Assembly (NCBI GenBank): GCA_964016885.1
Contig: OZ024740.1
Coordinates: 201,934,001 to 201,998,000 of the forward strand
Length of the DNA stretch: 64,000 bases
Source: Eledone cirrhosa
Lineage: Eukaryota
Direction: 5' to 3'
The notes under the pieces are model-generated. The model worked only from the letters and a program-made list of their open reading frames with translations, ran no database searches and was not told where the DNA came from. Each line of letters opens with the position of its first letter. Positions within the stretch are counted from its first letter, which is position 1. The translations under genes and the position numbers were made by a program. Positions 39,084 through 51,138 of this stretch are shown here, in pieces.

Positions 39084-39152
39084 CCTTTAGTAGAAACAGA
39101 AGTCAAAGAAAAGTCCAAAGCCATTGGTTTCTTTGAAGCTTTGAAAATTCCT
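39084..39152 (+). CDS. SLC37A2: SLC37A2-like exon 9 (PLVETEVKEKSKAIGFFEALKIP)
   Basis: tgtag acceptor, gtgagt donor, AI.F..AL.IP motif. Extra phase-0 loop exons upstream cannot be excluded. Confidence 0.85.
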
Positions 39153-39284
39153 GTGAGTAATTTCAGTTTTCTGTTTTAGAGTCTTGTTGTGTGTGTGACA
39201 GAGAGTATGTGTGTGTGTGTGTGTGTGTGTGAAGGCTTTTAATGTCATTGTTGTAATTCTTCTCCTCCTCCTCCTCTCCCCTCC

Positions 39285-39430
39285 CATCTTCCAACAGAAT
39301 GCTCTCATTGTTGTTGGGAACTGAAGAGATGACATCATCAAACTGCACATAGAACATCTCCTTTATCTCATCTTCAGTGTCCAAAGTTGGAGTATAGACA
39401 GTGATGGTGATGATGGGCTGGATTCACAGA
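39285..39430 (-). mobile_element. RTE-type APE endonuclease fragment
   Basis: TITVYTPTLDTEDEIKEMFYVQFDDVISSVPNNNESILLED, in and upstream of ORF 39163..39384. Confidence 0.65.
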
Positions 39431-40549
39431 ATCATTAGACATTCTGTGAAACCTATTTATTAGTTACTATATCAGCTTCTAAAGTGCACGATTGTTTCAG
39501 ATTGTAAAACCTACTCCATTGAAACTCAGTTGTTCAAGAGCAATACACATCATTATCATCAGTTTTCCATGCTGGCATGGGTTGAACGGGTTGTCAGAGT
39601 CCATGACTAGACAGGTTGAGACCTTATCCTGCTCATACATTCCATATTTGGCATGGTTTTACAGCTGGATGCCTTTCCTAATTCAAACCACTTTACAAAA
39701 TGTACTGGGCGTATTTGTCATGAAACCAATGCTAACACTTTACAGGAAGTACTAGGTACATTTTCTCGTAGCACTATTACTTGAGGGGTTGTCATATGCT
39801 CAGCCAAACTTGATAGTCTCCTCCATCCTTTATTTCTCCATTTCATGAAAAGGTGCATTAATATTGCCCTTCCTTTAATTCATTTTCTTATATTTTTCAT
39901 AGTTTTCGAAGATATTAAAAAATAAAGACATATTTGATTATTATTTAATAACAAACTGACAGAATCATTAGATCAGATTAAATGCCTTGGTATTTGATTT
40001 GGCGCATTGTACTCTGAGTTCACATCCTGTTCAGGTCAAGTTTACTTTTTATTCTTTCATGGGATGGAGTGGGGTGGGGGTTCAGTAGATTTGCAGAGTT
40101 GTTGAAGAATTAGTTCAAATCCCGCCTCTTTCTGCCAGGAGTTGTAACTTGCAGATAGTATCAGTAATGGAAAAAACCAATAAAAACATTGAGTCCTTGG
40201 TTCAGTCTGATAATTAGCTCAGTTCCTTTCTTTAGTTGCCCTTCTCAAACTCTTTGGGTGTCATTTATAGCAACAATGTTTAATTTGAAATTTTTTAATT
40301 CTTGAGTTAAAATGTGGTTCTTCTCTTTGTCTAAAACCTTCACCCTAGCATATGAGATGTAATAAAGACATGCTTGTCTCCTTTACCTTGTCAGTAATTA
40401 CCAATATGTTTTCCACAGAACCTGATCTACTGGAACTCTTTTTTTCTTGGCAACATACCAATGTTGTTTCTGTCATCAACAAAGCTTTTCATTGTCAGGT
40501 ATGATAAACTTCTGATAAAACTGCCTGCCTATGAGGTTCCAGCCTCAGG

Positions 40550-40765
40550 TTGTCACTCTCTCTTAGCATGAAACCAAGGCACCCCTCCATCAGCTGGAGA
40601 GGCCACTCTCCCTTAGCATGAAACCAAAGTAACTCTTGCACCCCTCCATCAGCTAAGTAGATGCCTCCCTCTTAGCATGAAATCAATGCAACTCTGGCAT
40701 CTCTCCATGAACTGGAGAGGCTGCTCCCACACAGCATGAATCGTAGCAGTTCTTGCACCCTTCGT
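40550..40765. repeat. Diverged ~50-60-bp tandem repeat, about 4 copies
   Basis: Recurring cttagcatgaaaccaa...gcacccctccatcagctggagagg. Confidence 0.7.
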
Positions 40766-42074
40766 TCAATCAGCTTGGATGCACCTCAGAGTAGTTTGCT
40801 CTTTCCTTCTCATTCTTTTTTTTTCTCTATATTAATGACCCACATGCTATCACCTCTAACCTACATCAATTCAAAAATGTTCTTCATCATCATTGTTTAA
40901 TGTTTGTTTTCCCTGCTAACAAGAGTTGTTCATCTCATCAGAAACCAGTCAGTATTTAAACAGGGCCACTGATATCTCAGATGGGTTGGGGACCCACATC
41001 TCATACAAGCTTCCCGGTGCACAGCATCATGCCCTTATTTTGACTCAGTGGTTAGTTTGGAGGATTTTATGGTTGAGGTACATAAAAAGAACGTGAACCA
41101 TGGCATTTTACGTAATGTTGCTGTAGTCACTACAGATAAAAAAATAATTGTTTTATTATACAGAGACTATGTAATATGATAGTTGCAGCTTGATAACATT
41201 TTTCTCCATTTGATTGCTTGTGCAATCTATGGCTGGTTTACAAAATCGGGATTGCAGGCTGGACATTGGTTTAGCAGGGGTTATGAGTTCAGGTTTACAG
41301 TGTTTCCTGAGTATCTTATGATTTAAAGCAATGTAAGAGTTTTGTTTATGGGTTAGGGCAATAACTGCTCTTATTTACATATATATATTTGCATACTGTA
41401 TTGATTACTCTGATGAGCCAGAAGCTCAACAAATCCCATGCTCTATTGAGTGCAGTTTATCATGGCACCAGTACTAGAGAAGGCATGTCTTTGACACAGC
41501 TAAAAAGTCCTCCTGACCCTTTGTTTGGCAGGTTTTCTATGGCCGGATGCAGTTCCTATCACCAACCACTTCACACTGTGTTCTGGGGGTGTTTATTGCG
41601 TAGATCACCAACACTAGAGAGGCTGTCATATCCCTAACACAACTAAAGTGTCCTCTTTTAACATGGTTTCTACAGTAGGATGCCCCTCGTATTGCTAAAC
41701 ACCTTACAGATTGTACTGAGTGCAACTTTCAAGGTACCAGCACACAACTAAAAACTCTTTTCTACCCAAAGGTAGTGTGAGGGTATGTCATAGATGTGTG
41801 CCAAATCTGGAAGGATTTAACAGGATGGAGGATGGTAAGTGGGAGGGGTGAGCTCCAACAGCTACTAAAAGGTTGTGACTAACATGTCAAGATTTTAGAG
41901 GAGTGGTCCTATGTAGAATGGAAGGGAGTGACCCTAGACAGGTTACGCATGTTATAATTAAGGAGTGGTGGGGTTGATCCCAGATAGAATAGAAGTTGGG
42001 ATGTACCGTGGGACTGTGACTAGCTACTATGAAACAGCTTAAGCTAAGTCGTCTGGCAGGAAATCCCTATAATA

Positions 42075-42575
42075 ATAATAATAGTTTTCTTTATTGACCA
42101 CAAAGGGTTTACATAAAGGAAAACATTAAGGACAGCACAGGATGGTACAATGTGGGTTTCTGCGTGTAAAAATCAGTATAAAACAAAAACAAAGGATTTA
42201 ACAAAAAAATAGAAACAAAAGAAATTTCTCCAATAGGGGGGAGACTTCTGAGGGTTACTCCTGGAGAAAACCCACAAAAGTCACAGTCACCCTGACTACC
42301 AGGGCAAGTGTCCTCTCCCAAATGTCCTCCCTCAATCTACAGGAACACACTAAGAGCAAGTCCATTCACTCAGGCCATTCTCACCTCTTTAAACAAATTG
42401 CTTTGAAAGCAGCACTTCCTTCTCCACCCTGATTTTCCTCTTCAAGTGAAACCTGAAGAAGTTAATCGGGGTCGCTGAAAAGGAAAGTACTTGCCTTCAG
42501 CCCTTTCAGACGTGTCCACCATAAGACCTCTTTCGCCATGGCCACCAGACAGACAAAAACAGCCTGCCCTTCTTG
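42075..42575 (-). mobile_element. Tx1/L1-like LINE 3' fragment
   Basis: Minus strand EGQAVFVCLVAMAKEVLWWTRLKG; same family as 27315-28090. Confidence 0.55.
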
Positions 42576-42702
42576 AATAATAATACATATATATATAAAG
42601 TATATTGTCTTTCATGTTATGAATATATCCTATCTTTACTGTTGTTTTTTTTTAATTCACCTCCAAATTTTTATATTTCTGTTTGTTTCTATTGTATTCT
42701 AG

Positions 42703-42793
42703 GGTGTTGTGGAATTTTCGCTGTGTCTATTCTTTGCCAAATTAATCAGCTATACATTCCTATACTGGCTACCAAACTTCATCAAATATAAAA
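42703..42793 (+). CDS. SLC37A2: SLC37A2-like exon 10 (GVVEFSLCLFFAKLISYTFLYWLPNFIKYK)
   Basis: ttctag acceptor, gtaagt donor, near-invariant family motif. Confidence 0.95.
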
Positions 42794-43049
42794 GTAAGTG
42801 TTTGGGTTTTTTTATATTCAACGATTCCATCTGTGGCCTTATGGCTGTGTCAGAAATTGTACTAAATAGAACTTAGAATTGAGAAGTTCTCTTTACAATG
42901 ATAGATTACCAGGTTCAATCCCACTATGTGGCATCTTCAACAAATGAGTTGACCCAAGCCTTGTGAATGAAATCGGGTAGACAGAAACTATTTAGATGCC
43001 CTTTGGATGAATTGTACCTGTAATTCAAAGGGATGTTTGAATGAGATAT

Positions 43050-43330
43050 GATCCTCTGATCTATCTTGGAAGGCTGTTTGCCTAAAAACTAATTCAGACT
43101 GTAATAACCTGTCCAACTCATGCCAGCATGAAAAGCAGAGATTTGATCCACTGATCTATCTTGGAAGGCTGTTTCTCTAAGAACTAATTCAGACTGTAAT
43201 AACCTGTCCAACTCATGCCAGCATGAAAAGCAGAGATTTGATCCACTGATCTATCTTGGAAGGCTGTTTCTCTAAGAACTAATTCAGACTGTAATAACCT
43301 GTCCAACTCATGCCAGCATGGAAAGCAGAA
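43050..43330. repeat. 95-bp tandem triplication of a SINE 3' segment
   Basis: ctatcttggaaggctg at 43061, 43156 and 43251; each unit contains acctgtccaactcatgccagcatg. Confidence 0.9.
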
Positions 43331-43574
43331 ATAAAATGAAGATGAATTAGTGGGCAGTTATAAAGGAAAAAAATAAAACCTGAAACATTATAAAATTTAA
43401 TTTCCACTCTATTATTCTAACTATATATTCTACTGTACTTGATCATGCCTTCCAGCTTCAAATATCTATAAAATAAGCACCAGTTATATATTAGGGATAG
43501 TTCAGTCAACTTCTTGTGTTTAATCAAAAATACTCATTTCTGTTTCATTTTGTTTCATCTTATTTTCCCTTCAG

Positions 43575-43637
43575 CTCATTATGATGCTGAGCAAGCTGCC
43601 AATTTATCAACATTCTTTGACATTGGTGGCATCATAG
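43575..43637 (+). CDS. SLC37A2: SLC37A2-like exon 11 (THYDAEQAANLSTFFDIGGII)
   Basis: cccttcag acceptor, gtaagt donor, LST.FD.GGI motif. Confidence 0.93.
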   Translation, partial: LIMMLSKLPIYQHSLTLVAS

Positions 43638-43970
43638 GTAAGTAGTGACCCTATTTCCTTTTTAGATCCTACATCAATACTATAGCATGGGCCCTTGACT
43701 CTGAATGGAGTCATTGGGGTGTTGTAGCGACTCGTGGCATATCTTGGGCATTTAAACCTGTCAGAGGCTTGTCACTCTCCAGGTCTGAACACTGCCAATT
43801 TCATGCAGAGAGAGAGCAAGCGAGAAAGAGAAAACAGAAGAATTGACCCCAGTACTTGATTGGTACTTTATTTATCTTCCTCTAAAGGATGAAAAGCAAA
43901 GTTGAGTGTGGTGGGATTTAAACTTAGAATGTAGAGAACCAGAATAAAATATCTCAGAGCATTCTATCTA

Positions 43971-44640
43971 AGGTTGGCAACGTGGCAATAAAAGTTCAAC
44001 TGAATGAAAAAAAAAGGTTGCGTTAAATTCTTACGTCGGGGTCACCACTTTAGCAGTTTTAGTTATTAAGTAGTCGTGGTCGCCACTTTAGCAGGGTAGT
44101 AGTATGAAGGGTCGTTAGTTGCCAGTGTGGTAAGTGATAGTATCCTCGTTGGATTATCTTGTCGACATAGATGTGAGGGAAGGTCCCTCGATCTATTTAC
44201 CATCTTAGTATTTACAATATCCCTTTCGTCAGGTCGCCAATTCCAGCAGCATGGATTATAGATGTTATTGAGGCACGAGTAACATAATAATGATTTCAAC
44301 AGCAGAAATTAGAGATGAAATGTATGTTTATTTTTGATGTAGCACAAACAATGTTTGTTAACTTATATGGTTGAAGTTAAAGATAAAAAGAGGTTACAAA
44401 AGGGAATGTGCCATTGCGCCGTTAAGCCGGCGAGGCTAGGGTGCAATATCTCACCGTTACATTATGCGTGTTGCTGGCTCGAAGTTTCTGGTACAAGAGA
44501 GAGATTCTTCAAATCTTAGCGGGGAATTTCTTCCTCAGGGCGCGTAGGGATACATCCTCTTCTACTGGCGCTGATTGGCTGAACTGAGCCAAATCACGCA
44601 TAGAGAATGTATGTGAGCCCGCAGAATGTAGGTCACTACA
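43971..44640 (-). mobile_element. 5' LTR plus primer-binding site of a truncated LTR retrotransposon, interrupting a SINE
   Basis: Putative LTR 44126-44640 (TGTAGT...ACCACA on the minus strand). TGGTGACCCCGACGT at 44047-44033 is complementary to the tRNA-Trp 3' end. SINE halves lie on either side. Confidence 0.6.
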
Positions 44641-45599
44641 GTACTATCAGCTCTGCCAGTTCTCCGCCTTACATTGATACCACTAATCATTAAACAACAG
44701 CTATGTGGCCTTGTGGTTTGGACTCATAATCATATAGTCCTGAGTTTTGTTCTTGAATTGAGCAGTGGATTGCATTCTGGAACAAAACACTTCATTTTAC
44801 AATGCTTTTCATATTAGGACTAGGGCTTCTATCATTAAAACACCTGTGGAATCTTTTATGGGATGCAACCTCACATAGGAGGCCAGTTAAAACTACATGG
44901 TGTAGGCTGTAACAACAACCACCTCAGTAGGAGAATTCTATGTTCAACTCTCCAGGTTTTGTCATAACCTCGACACAGGTTAAAGCTTCCTGAAGCTGAT
45001 ACCAATTATTCCTATCCTGTGCCACTGTCAAGTGAGCTGGGCATGTGGCATGAACAAATGACAACAGATGGACAAAGTTATGAACAAACACAATACTGGG
45101 CTGAGGTGGGGAGTTTGAACAGGTTTACATAGTCATGGAAAACACGAGATGAGACCATAATAATGAAAATGATTGTGTACAGTGCTCAGGTGCACTACAA
45201 CTCATCAAAGGTGCATGTATAGTACATAGAATAACACTGTGTAACAAAAAAAAATGTTTTCTCTGTTCCTGGCTTGTAATCACTTTTTTGTGTTGCTTAG
45301 GTCCCAAATAAATTTAAAAAAAAGTGCTATTAAACAGTTAAAAGTTTGGGTTTGTAAAAATTCTAAGCTATTCACTAGAATTATTTGTATGCTGGATTTT
45401 ACGTTGTATGTAAGTTTAATTTGCTTATGTTAAATGATTTTTTATATATGTTTCAGGTTAAATTAAAATTATAAAATAAAGAGTAATACCTAAAGAAAAT
45501 TATAAAAGTGCAATAAAGTATAAAATTGTTAAAAAGTGGATTAAAGAGATTTATTGATAGTGGATTTTCGCACCCTGAATAAAGGGTAAGTTGTGTTTT

Positions 45600-46225
45600 A
45601 AGCATTCGTCTCCAGGATGAAGCAGTGGAACTTGGTCAAGGAGGAAGTGCAGGTGACAAGTCAGAGAAGTCGACACAAACCTTTCTCAGGCTTTTACACT
45701 CTTAGGGATGACCTCTGCTTCTGACATGACGTGCCTGAACTGTTTGACGTTATTGGGGTGCCGTTTGTGCCCAAGGAGTGGTGGCTATTTATAGACAGCT
45801 CCACCACAAGTTTGAAGGCTATCCTCCTCCACAATGGAAACAAGTTCCCGATACTGCCCCTAGCTCATTCAGTCTGCCTGAAGGAAGATTACTACAGTGT
45901 TAAAGTCCTCTTGGAAGCTCTGCAGTACAACCAGTACAATTGGGAAATCATTGGAGACTTCAAGATGGTGGCTTTCCTGCTTGGACTCCAAGGAGGCTTT
46001 ATCAAATTCCAATGCTTCCTCTGCCTTTGGGACAGCAGAGCCACCTCTGACCACTACAAAAGAAAGAACTGGGAGCAGCGAACAGAATTTGTAGTTGGGA
46101 CCCGGAACGTCATGTGGGAGCCACTGGTTGATCCCAGGATTGTGCTCATGCCGCCACTGCACATTAAGTTGGGGTTGATGAAGCAGTTTGTGAAGGCTCT
46201 CAACCAAGAATCAGCCGCTTTTAAG
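45600..46225 (+). pseudogene. Chapaev3 transposase, 5' part
   Basis: WWLFIDSS..SLKAILLHNGN, GDFKMVAFLLGLQGG..KFQCFLCLWDSRA and PPLHIKLGLMKQFVKAL in ORF 45731..46240. Confidence 0.85.
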
Positions 46226-46485
46226 CAGTGGCGGATTTAAGGAATAGGGCCCAGTCGGCATTGGTCAGTAAGGGGGCCCCAGAGTGAAAATTAAAGTACC
46301 TTCTTTTCGAGCGAGTATTGAAAAAGTTTTTTTTTTAATTTCCCATTTAGCTACCAATAATCATTAAGAAGACAATTAAATTACAAGTACACTTTATTTG
46401 AAACAAACAAACAGATGTGCTGTACTGTAAACAAATAATAAAGTAATAAAGTTGTATATATGTTGGTCTTTTACACAAATTGCTT

Positions 46486-49134
46486 TTACATGCGCAGACC
46501 TCTGCGAGCTTTAACAGTTGAAAAATGAGTTATAGCGTGGTCCATGTTTACTGATTTAGTAATTTTGTTTTCAATTGCCAGCAGGGCAAAACTGGATAGC
46601 CTCTCCTGGCCCATCGTTGAACGAAGATAATTTTTAATTCTTCGTAGAACACTGAAAGAGCGTTCCGCACTTGCTATGCCAATTGGTAAAGTGAGAAATA
46701 GCCTTACCAGAATTTCAAACTCGGGAAAGACATCACACAAGTCATTGTTCAGTAAAAATTTCAGATATGGCATAACCCCACTTTGTTTTAAAGCTGCGTT
46801 TGGCTGTGAAAAGTAGAGGCCAATGAAAGAAAAGAGTTCATTTCTGAGTTCCAGTGTGAATTCATTTGGAAAGTTATCTACCAATGTTGCTACATGTGTT
46901 TTTAGTTCATCATCTGAGCATTTAGCCAGTCGATTTGGACTCAAAAATCCAAAGATTGAAGATATTTTTTTTATTCCTTCAGTTCGGGCTCGCATCTCCC
47001 CAATCACACTATCCAGTGATTGAAAATAAATTGCAGTCCGATATCTATCTGAAGCAGTAGCTAGTCTTTCAACACCACAAACTTCACCATCCATAATCTT
47101 TCTTCTCCTTACTCACGTTATTTTAAAATCAGCTTCAGATGCATCAAATCCCACGTCATTCCAGGCTTTCTTTGCCTGGTCCACAAATTGTTCAAATTTG
47201 TGATCGCATCTGAGTTCTTCCAATTTATCTGTTGAATGTTCAAAGCACTCAGTCACAAGGAATAAATCAATTGTCTTAGCTTGTAGAAGACGATTAGCTG
47301 AATTCATATTTTCTAACACTTTGTTCCACCAAAGTAGAGATAGGAAAAAAGTCCAGTCCATTTTCCCTTGCAAATCAGTTGCCTGTTTTACTTCATTTGA
47401 GTCATGATTTTCTTCTATCAAATCTGCCAGACATTCACTGACATTGTGAAAGTTTCCCAGGAGAGCAGAAACTGCATTATGTCTGGCTGACCACCTTGTC
47501 TGAGAGAGTGATTTCAAGGTTCCGGATCTTGATGAGCCACATATATGCTCATCTTCAACTTCTTCATCAATTGAATTAGAAATAACCTTCTCAACAGCTT
47601 CTAAAAGATTCTTCTCCTGACTTTTTGCCATATCAAGAAGTTGACTCCAGCATCTATTTGAATTAACAAAGAAAGCATAGATAGATTGAATGTTATCAAA
47701 GAAGCATTTAATTTCAACAAGAGGTGGAGGAGTACCACTTTGAGCTGCATGTTCAAGAACTAGATTGAGTTGGTGGGGAGGACAGTGAACATATGGAACA
47801 AAAGTATTTCCGTCCAGTGCCATATTCTTTTTTAGTAAAGCTTGAACACCACCTAATGCCCCACTCATCACAGATGCTCCATCATATGCCTGTCCTTTAA
47901 GATGTTTGCGCTGCAAGCCAAGTTCTTCAAACAATGCCTTTTCAATGACACTGGTAATACCAATTGCACTAGCATCAAGGACATGATAATATCCAACAAA
48001 GTGTTCTACAATTTCCACTGACTTTTCAAGTCTGTCAATTTTTATAAATCTCAATAGCACCGCCATTTGGTCCTTATGACTTATATCAGTTGTAGAATCA
48101 GCAATCACAGTGAAAAATGTGGCTTCCTTGCAAAGATCAACAATTTTGTCAAGTGTCATTTTTGAAAGAATCTGGACTTGTTCCTCAAAGATAGTTTTGC
48201 TCAGATATTTGAGTTGTCCCTTGTCCTCAAAATGTTGTTTAAGAATAGGATCGATTGTGCTTATGTGCCTTAATATTGATAAGTACACACCTGGATTATC
48301 AGCATCCAAGGATTCTCTATGACCTCTTAGTGGCAATCCTAGGCATGTAAGTTCTCGTAAAAGTCCGAACTGATGATTAAGAACATATTTCCATTTTTGA
48401 ACTTCTGCATCCATTTGTTTTTTCACTGAAACTCCAATGGACATATTCTTGGCGAACTGTTTATAGGCATATACTGCTCTGTGATGAATTTTTGATTGAG
48501 AGTGTTTTTCAATGCTTTTGGAAATGTGCTTCCAATCATTCATACTCTTTGACCATGGCGAGTTTTTGGCCTCTTCATCACCAAATAACCAGCAATGATG
48601 GCAGTAACAATAATTACCTTTGTATGAATAAGCTAGCCAGTATCTGTGTACTCGTTCTTCAAGGGGGTTTTTAAAATTATAGTAACTGCTCTTGAATTTC
48701 TAGAATGGATAATGGGATAGTCTCCTGTAGGCATATCATTTTCCAAAGGTTGACAAGCACCCCTTTCAACTAAAATGTTCAAGTAATCTTTCACTTTATT
48801 CTTTCCTGTGTCAAATCGTGCTTTGTCATTTAAAAATGGCATTGAAGCCTGACTAATTTCAGAAAGTTCATTTTCAACTTCAGAAAGACTTATATTTTCT
48901 ACAGCAGGTTCAGTCACTTGAGAAGGAAGCACAGGTTCAGCCCCTTCAGGAATAGTTTCAGCTTCACCTGTAGATATTGTAAGAATATTTTCTTCTGCAA
49001 CATCCTCAATATCTGCACTATGGGGCACAGAAAAAGTCAATAATCTTTGATTTTTTTGCTTTGCCTGCTGATTCCAAATCCTTTTTTCTTTTGAGTGCAC
49101 GCTTCTCAGCACCTGATGAAAACTTCTTATTCAT
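46486..49134 (-). pseudogene. hAT transposase (DUF4371-type core + C-terminal dimerization domain), few lesions
   Basis: ATG 49134 gives MNKKFSSGAEKR. Core motifs LPLRGH, IADSTTD, QAYDGASVMSG, YVHCPPHQLNL, SQTRW and LTLPIGIASAERSFS.LRRIKNYLRSTMGQERL. In-frame TGA at 47113-47115; frameshifts near 49.0 and 48.6 kb. Confidence 0.9.
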
Positions 49135-49264
49135 TGTGAGTCAGTCTACAAACAAAATATAAACTAGGTATAGGAAATAATAAAAGGAACTTACCAATTA
49201 TTTGTTGCTTACACAATTTTAATGCTTTAATATTTTTAAACTGTGGCCCAATAAAACAAATTAC

Positions 49265-50565
49265 GGCGATATCCAAAAATACCTCCCCCATGCCTAGGGC
49301 TAAATAACTTCGCTGTTCGCTGCTGATATGAGGCTAAATAACTTCGCTGCTGGCTGCTGAAATGAGGCTATTCCAACAAATTTACATTCCCTTTTTTTTA
49401 GCCGTTAAAAGAAATATAGATTTGTTTATTTATTTGAAACGTTTTTGTTAGTTTCATTGTTTTGTTTTTTTGGCGATATTTTTGTTAGTTTCTTTTTTTT
49501 GGCGTTTTTTGCCAGGTTTTTTTTATAGATTTATTTATTTTTAACGTTTTTGTTAGTTTTTGTTTTGTTTTTATGTCACAAACATTGCTCTCTGACGCTC
49601 TACCGATAATAGTAAGTATTAGTGGTTGTAATAAAAATGCAATCAAAATGTAATAAATACCTTCACTGATTTCTTTCCTTATATTATCAACAGAAGTTGG
49701 TATGTCACCCAAAGTTTCTAATTCCTTCTCCACAGTAAGACAAATATCCATGTGTAGTTGAAGAGGATAAGTATGAAAGAACAGTCATTGGTAAAGTGTT
49801 CTATGAATGTTTTCGAACGAATGAATAATTTCAGTTTAAAATCAATTTCACTTTAACTTGTTTGGGTATTTTCCACGAATTGGCATAACTAGCTCCCTGC
49901 TAAAGGTGAAATAACATAGTTCTGTTATCTTATAATTGATTTGTATATAAGTTAAAGTGAAATTGATTTTAAACTGAAATTATTCATTCGTTCGAAAACA
50001 TTCATAGAACACTTTACCAATGACTGTTCTTTCATACTTATCCTCTTCAACTACATGGATATTTGTCTTATTGTGGAGAAGGAATTAGAAACTTTGGGTG
50101 ACATACCAACTTCTGTTGATAATATAAGGAAAGAAATCTGAAGGTATTCATTACATTTTGATTGCATTTTTATTACAACCACTAATACTTACTATTATCG
50201 GTAGAGCGTCGGAGAGCAATGTTTGTGACATAAAAACAAAACAAAAACTAACAAAAACGTTAAAAATAAATAAATAAATCTATAAAAAAAAACCTGGCAA
50301 AAAACGCAAAAAAAAAGAAACTAAAAAAAAACCAAGAAACTAACAAAAATATCGCCAAAAAAACAAAACAATGAAACTAACAAAAACGTTTCAAATAAAT
50401 AAACAAATCTATATTTCTTTTAACGGCTAAAAAAAAGGGGGAATGTAAATTTGTTGGAATAGCCTCATTTCAGCAGCCAGCAGCGAAGTTATTTAGCCTC
50501 ATATCAGCAGCGAACAGCGAAGTTATTTAGCCCTAGGCATGGGGGAGGTATTTTTGGATATCGCC
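49265..50565. mobile_element. Foldback non-autonomous element with ~600-bp inverted arms (Merlin-like ends)
   Basis: Arm 49265-49859 is the near-exact reverse complement of 49949-50565, with an 89-bp spacer. Ends GGCGATATCC / GGATATCGCC; 8-bp TSD CAAATTAC at 49257-49264 and 50566-50573. Confidence 0.85.
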
Positions 50566-50667
50566 CAAATTACAATTTTTTTTTTTTTTTTGCAAGCGCC
50601 CAGTCGGCAGGGGCCCAGTCGGCATTTGCCACCTTCGCCACCTGTTAAATCCGCCACTGCTTTTAAG

Positions 50668-51138
50668 TACCTTCTTGAGTTCTTCCCCAAGTTATCTGAG
50701 GCCAAAATCAAAGGTGGAATTTTTGTTGGACCTCAGATAAAGAAGGTGTTTGAGTCTACCGAGTTCTCCAATAAGCTCAATAGGATTGAGAGAACAGCAC
50801 AGAACTGTTTCAAGGCAGTTGTTAAGGGCTTCCTGGGCAACTACAGAGCTGAAAACTACCAGCAACTGGTGCAGGATCTGATAAAGGCTTTTGGCGCCAT
50901 GGGATGCAGGATGTCGCTTAAACTCCATATGCTGGACGCTCACCTGGAAAAATTCAAGGACAATATGGGCGCCTACTCAGAAGAACAAGGCGAATGATTC
51001 CACCAAGATGTGAAAGAGATAGAGCGGAGGTACCAGGGCCACTACAATGAAAAAATGATGGGGGACTATATCTGGAGGCTAGTGCGGGAATGCGACCTGG
51101 ACTACAACCGCAAATCCAGGAAATCCAGTCATTTCTGA
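50668..51138 (+). pseudogene. Chapaev3 transposase, 3' part
   Basis: Continues the 5' part in frame (SAAFK|YLLEFFPKLSEAKIKGGIFVGPQI), then MSLKLHML.AHL and SEEQGE*FHQD, with a likely CGA>TGA stop at 50995-50997. Confidence 0.85.

Larger units (their letters stand above)
46226..50659 (-). mobile_element. hAT transposon (ZMYM1-like/Tip100-type), complete ends
   Basis: Perfect TIR CAGTGGCGGATTTAA / TTAAATCCGCCACTG and perfect 8-bp TSD CTTTTAAG at 46218-46225 and 50660-50667. Confidence 0.92.

Noticed and set aside
46486-48543. Domesticated ZMYM1-like host gene, or selenocysteine read-through at the TGA
   Set aside because: It lies between perfect TIRs and a TSD and has frameshifts. The TGA falls in an Arg-rich stretch best explained by CGA>TGA.
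49485-49751. 88-aa ORF within the foldback arm as a transposase
   Set aside because: No DDE motif is recognisable, it ends in low-complexity Lys-rich sequence, and the mirror arm has indels.
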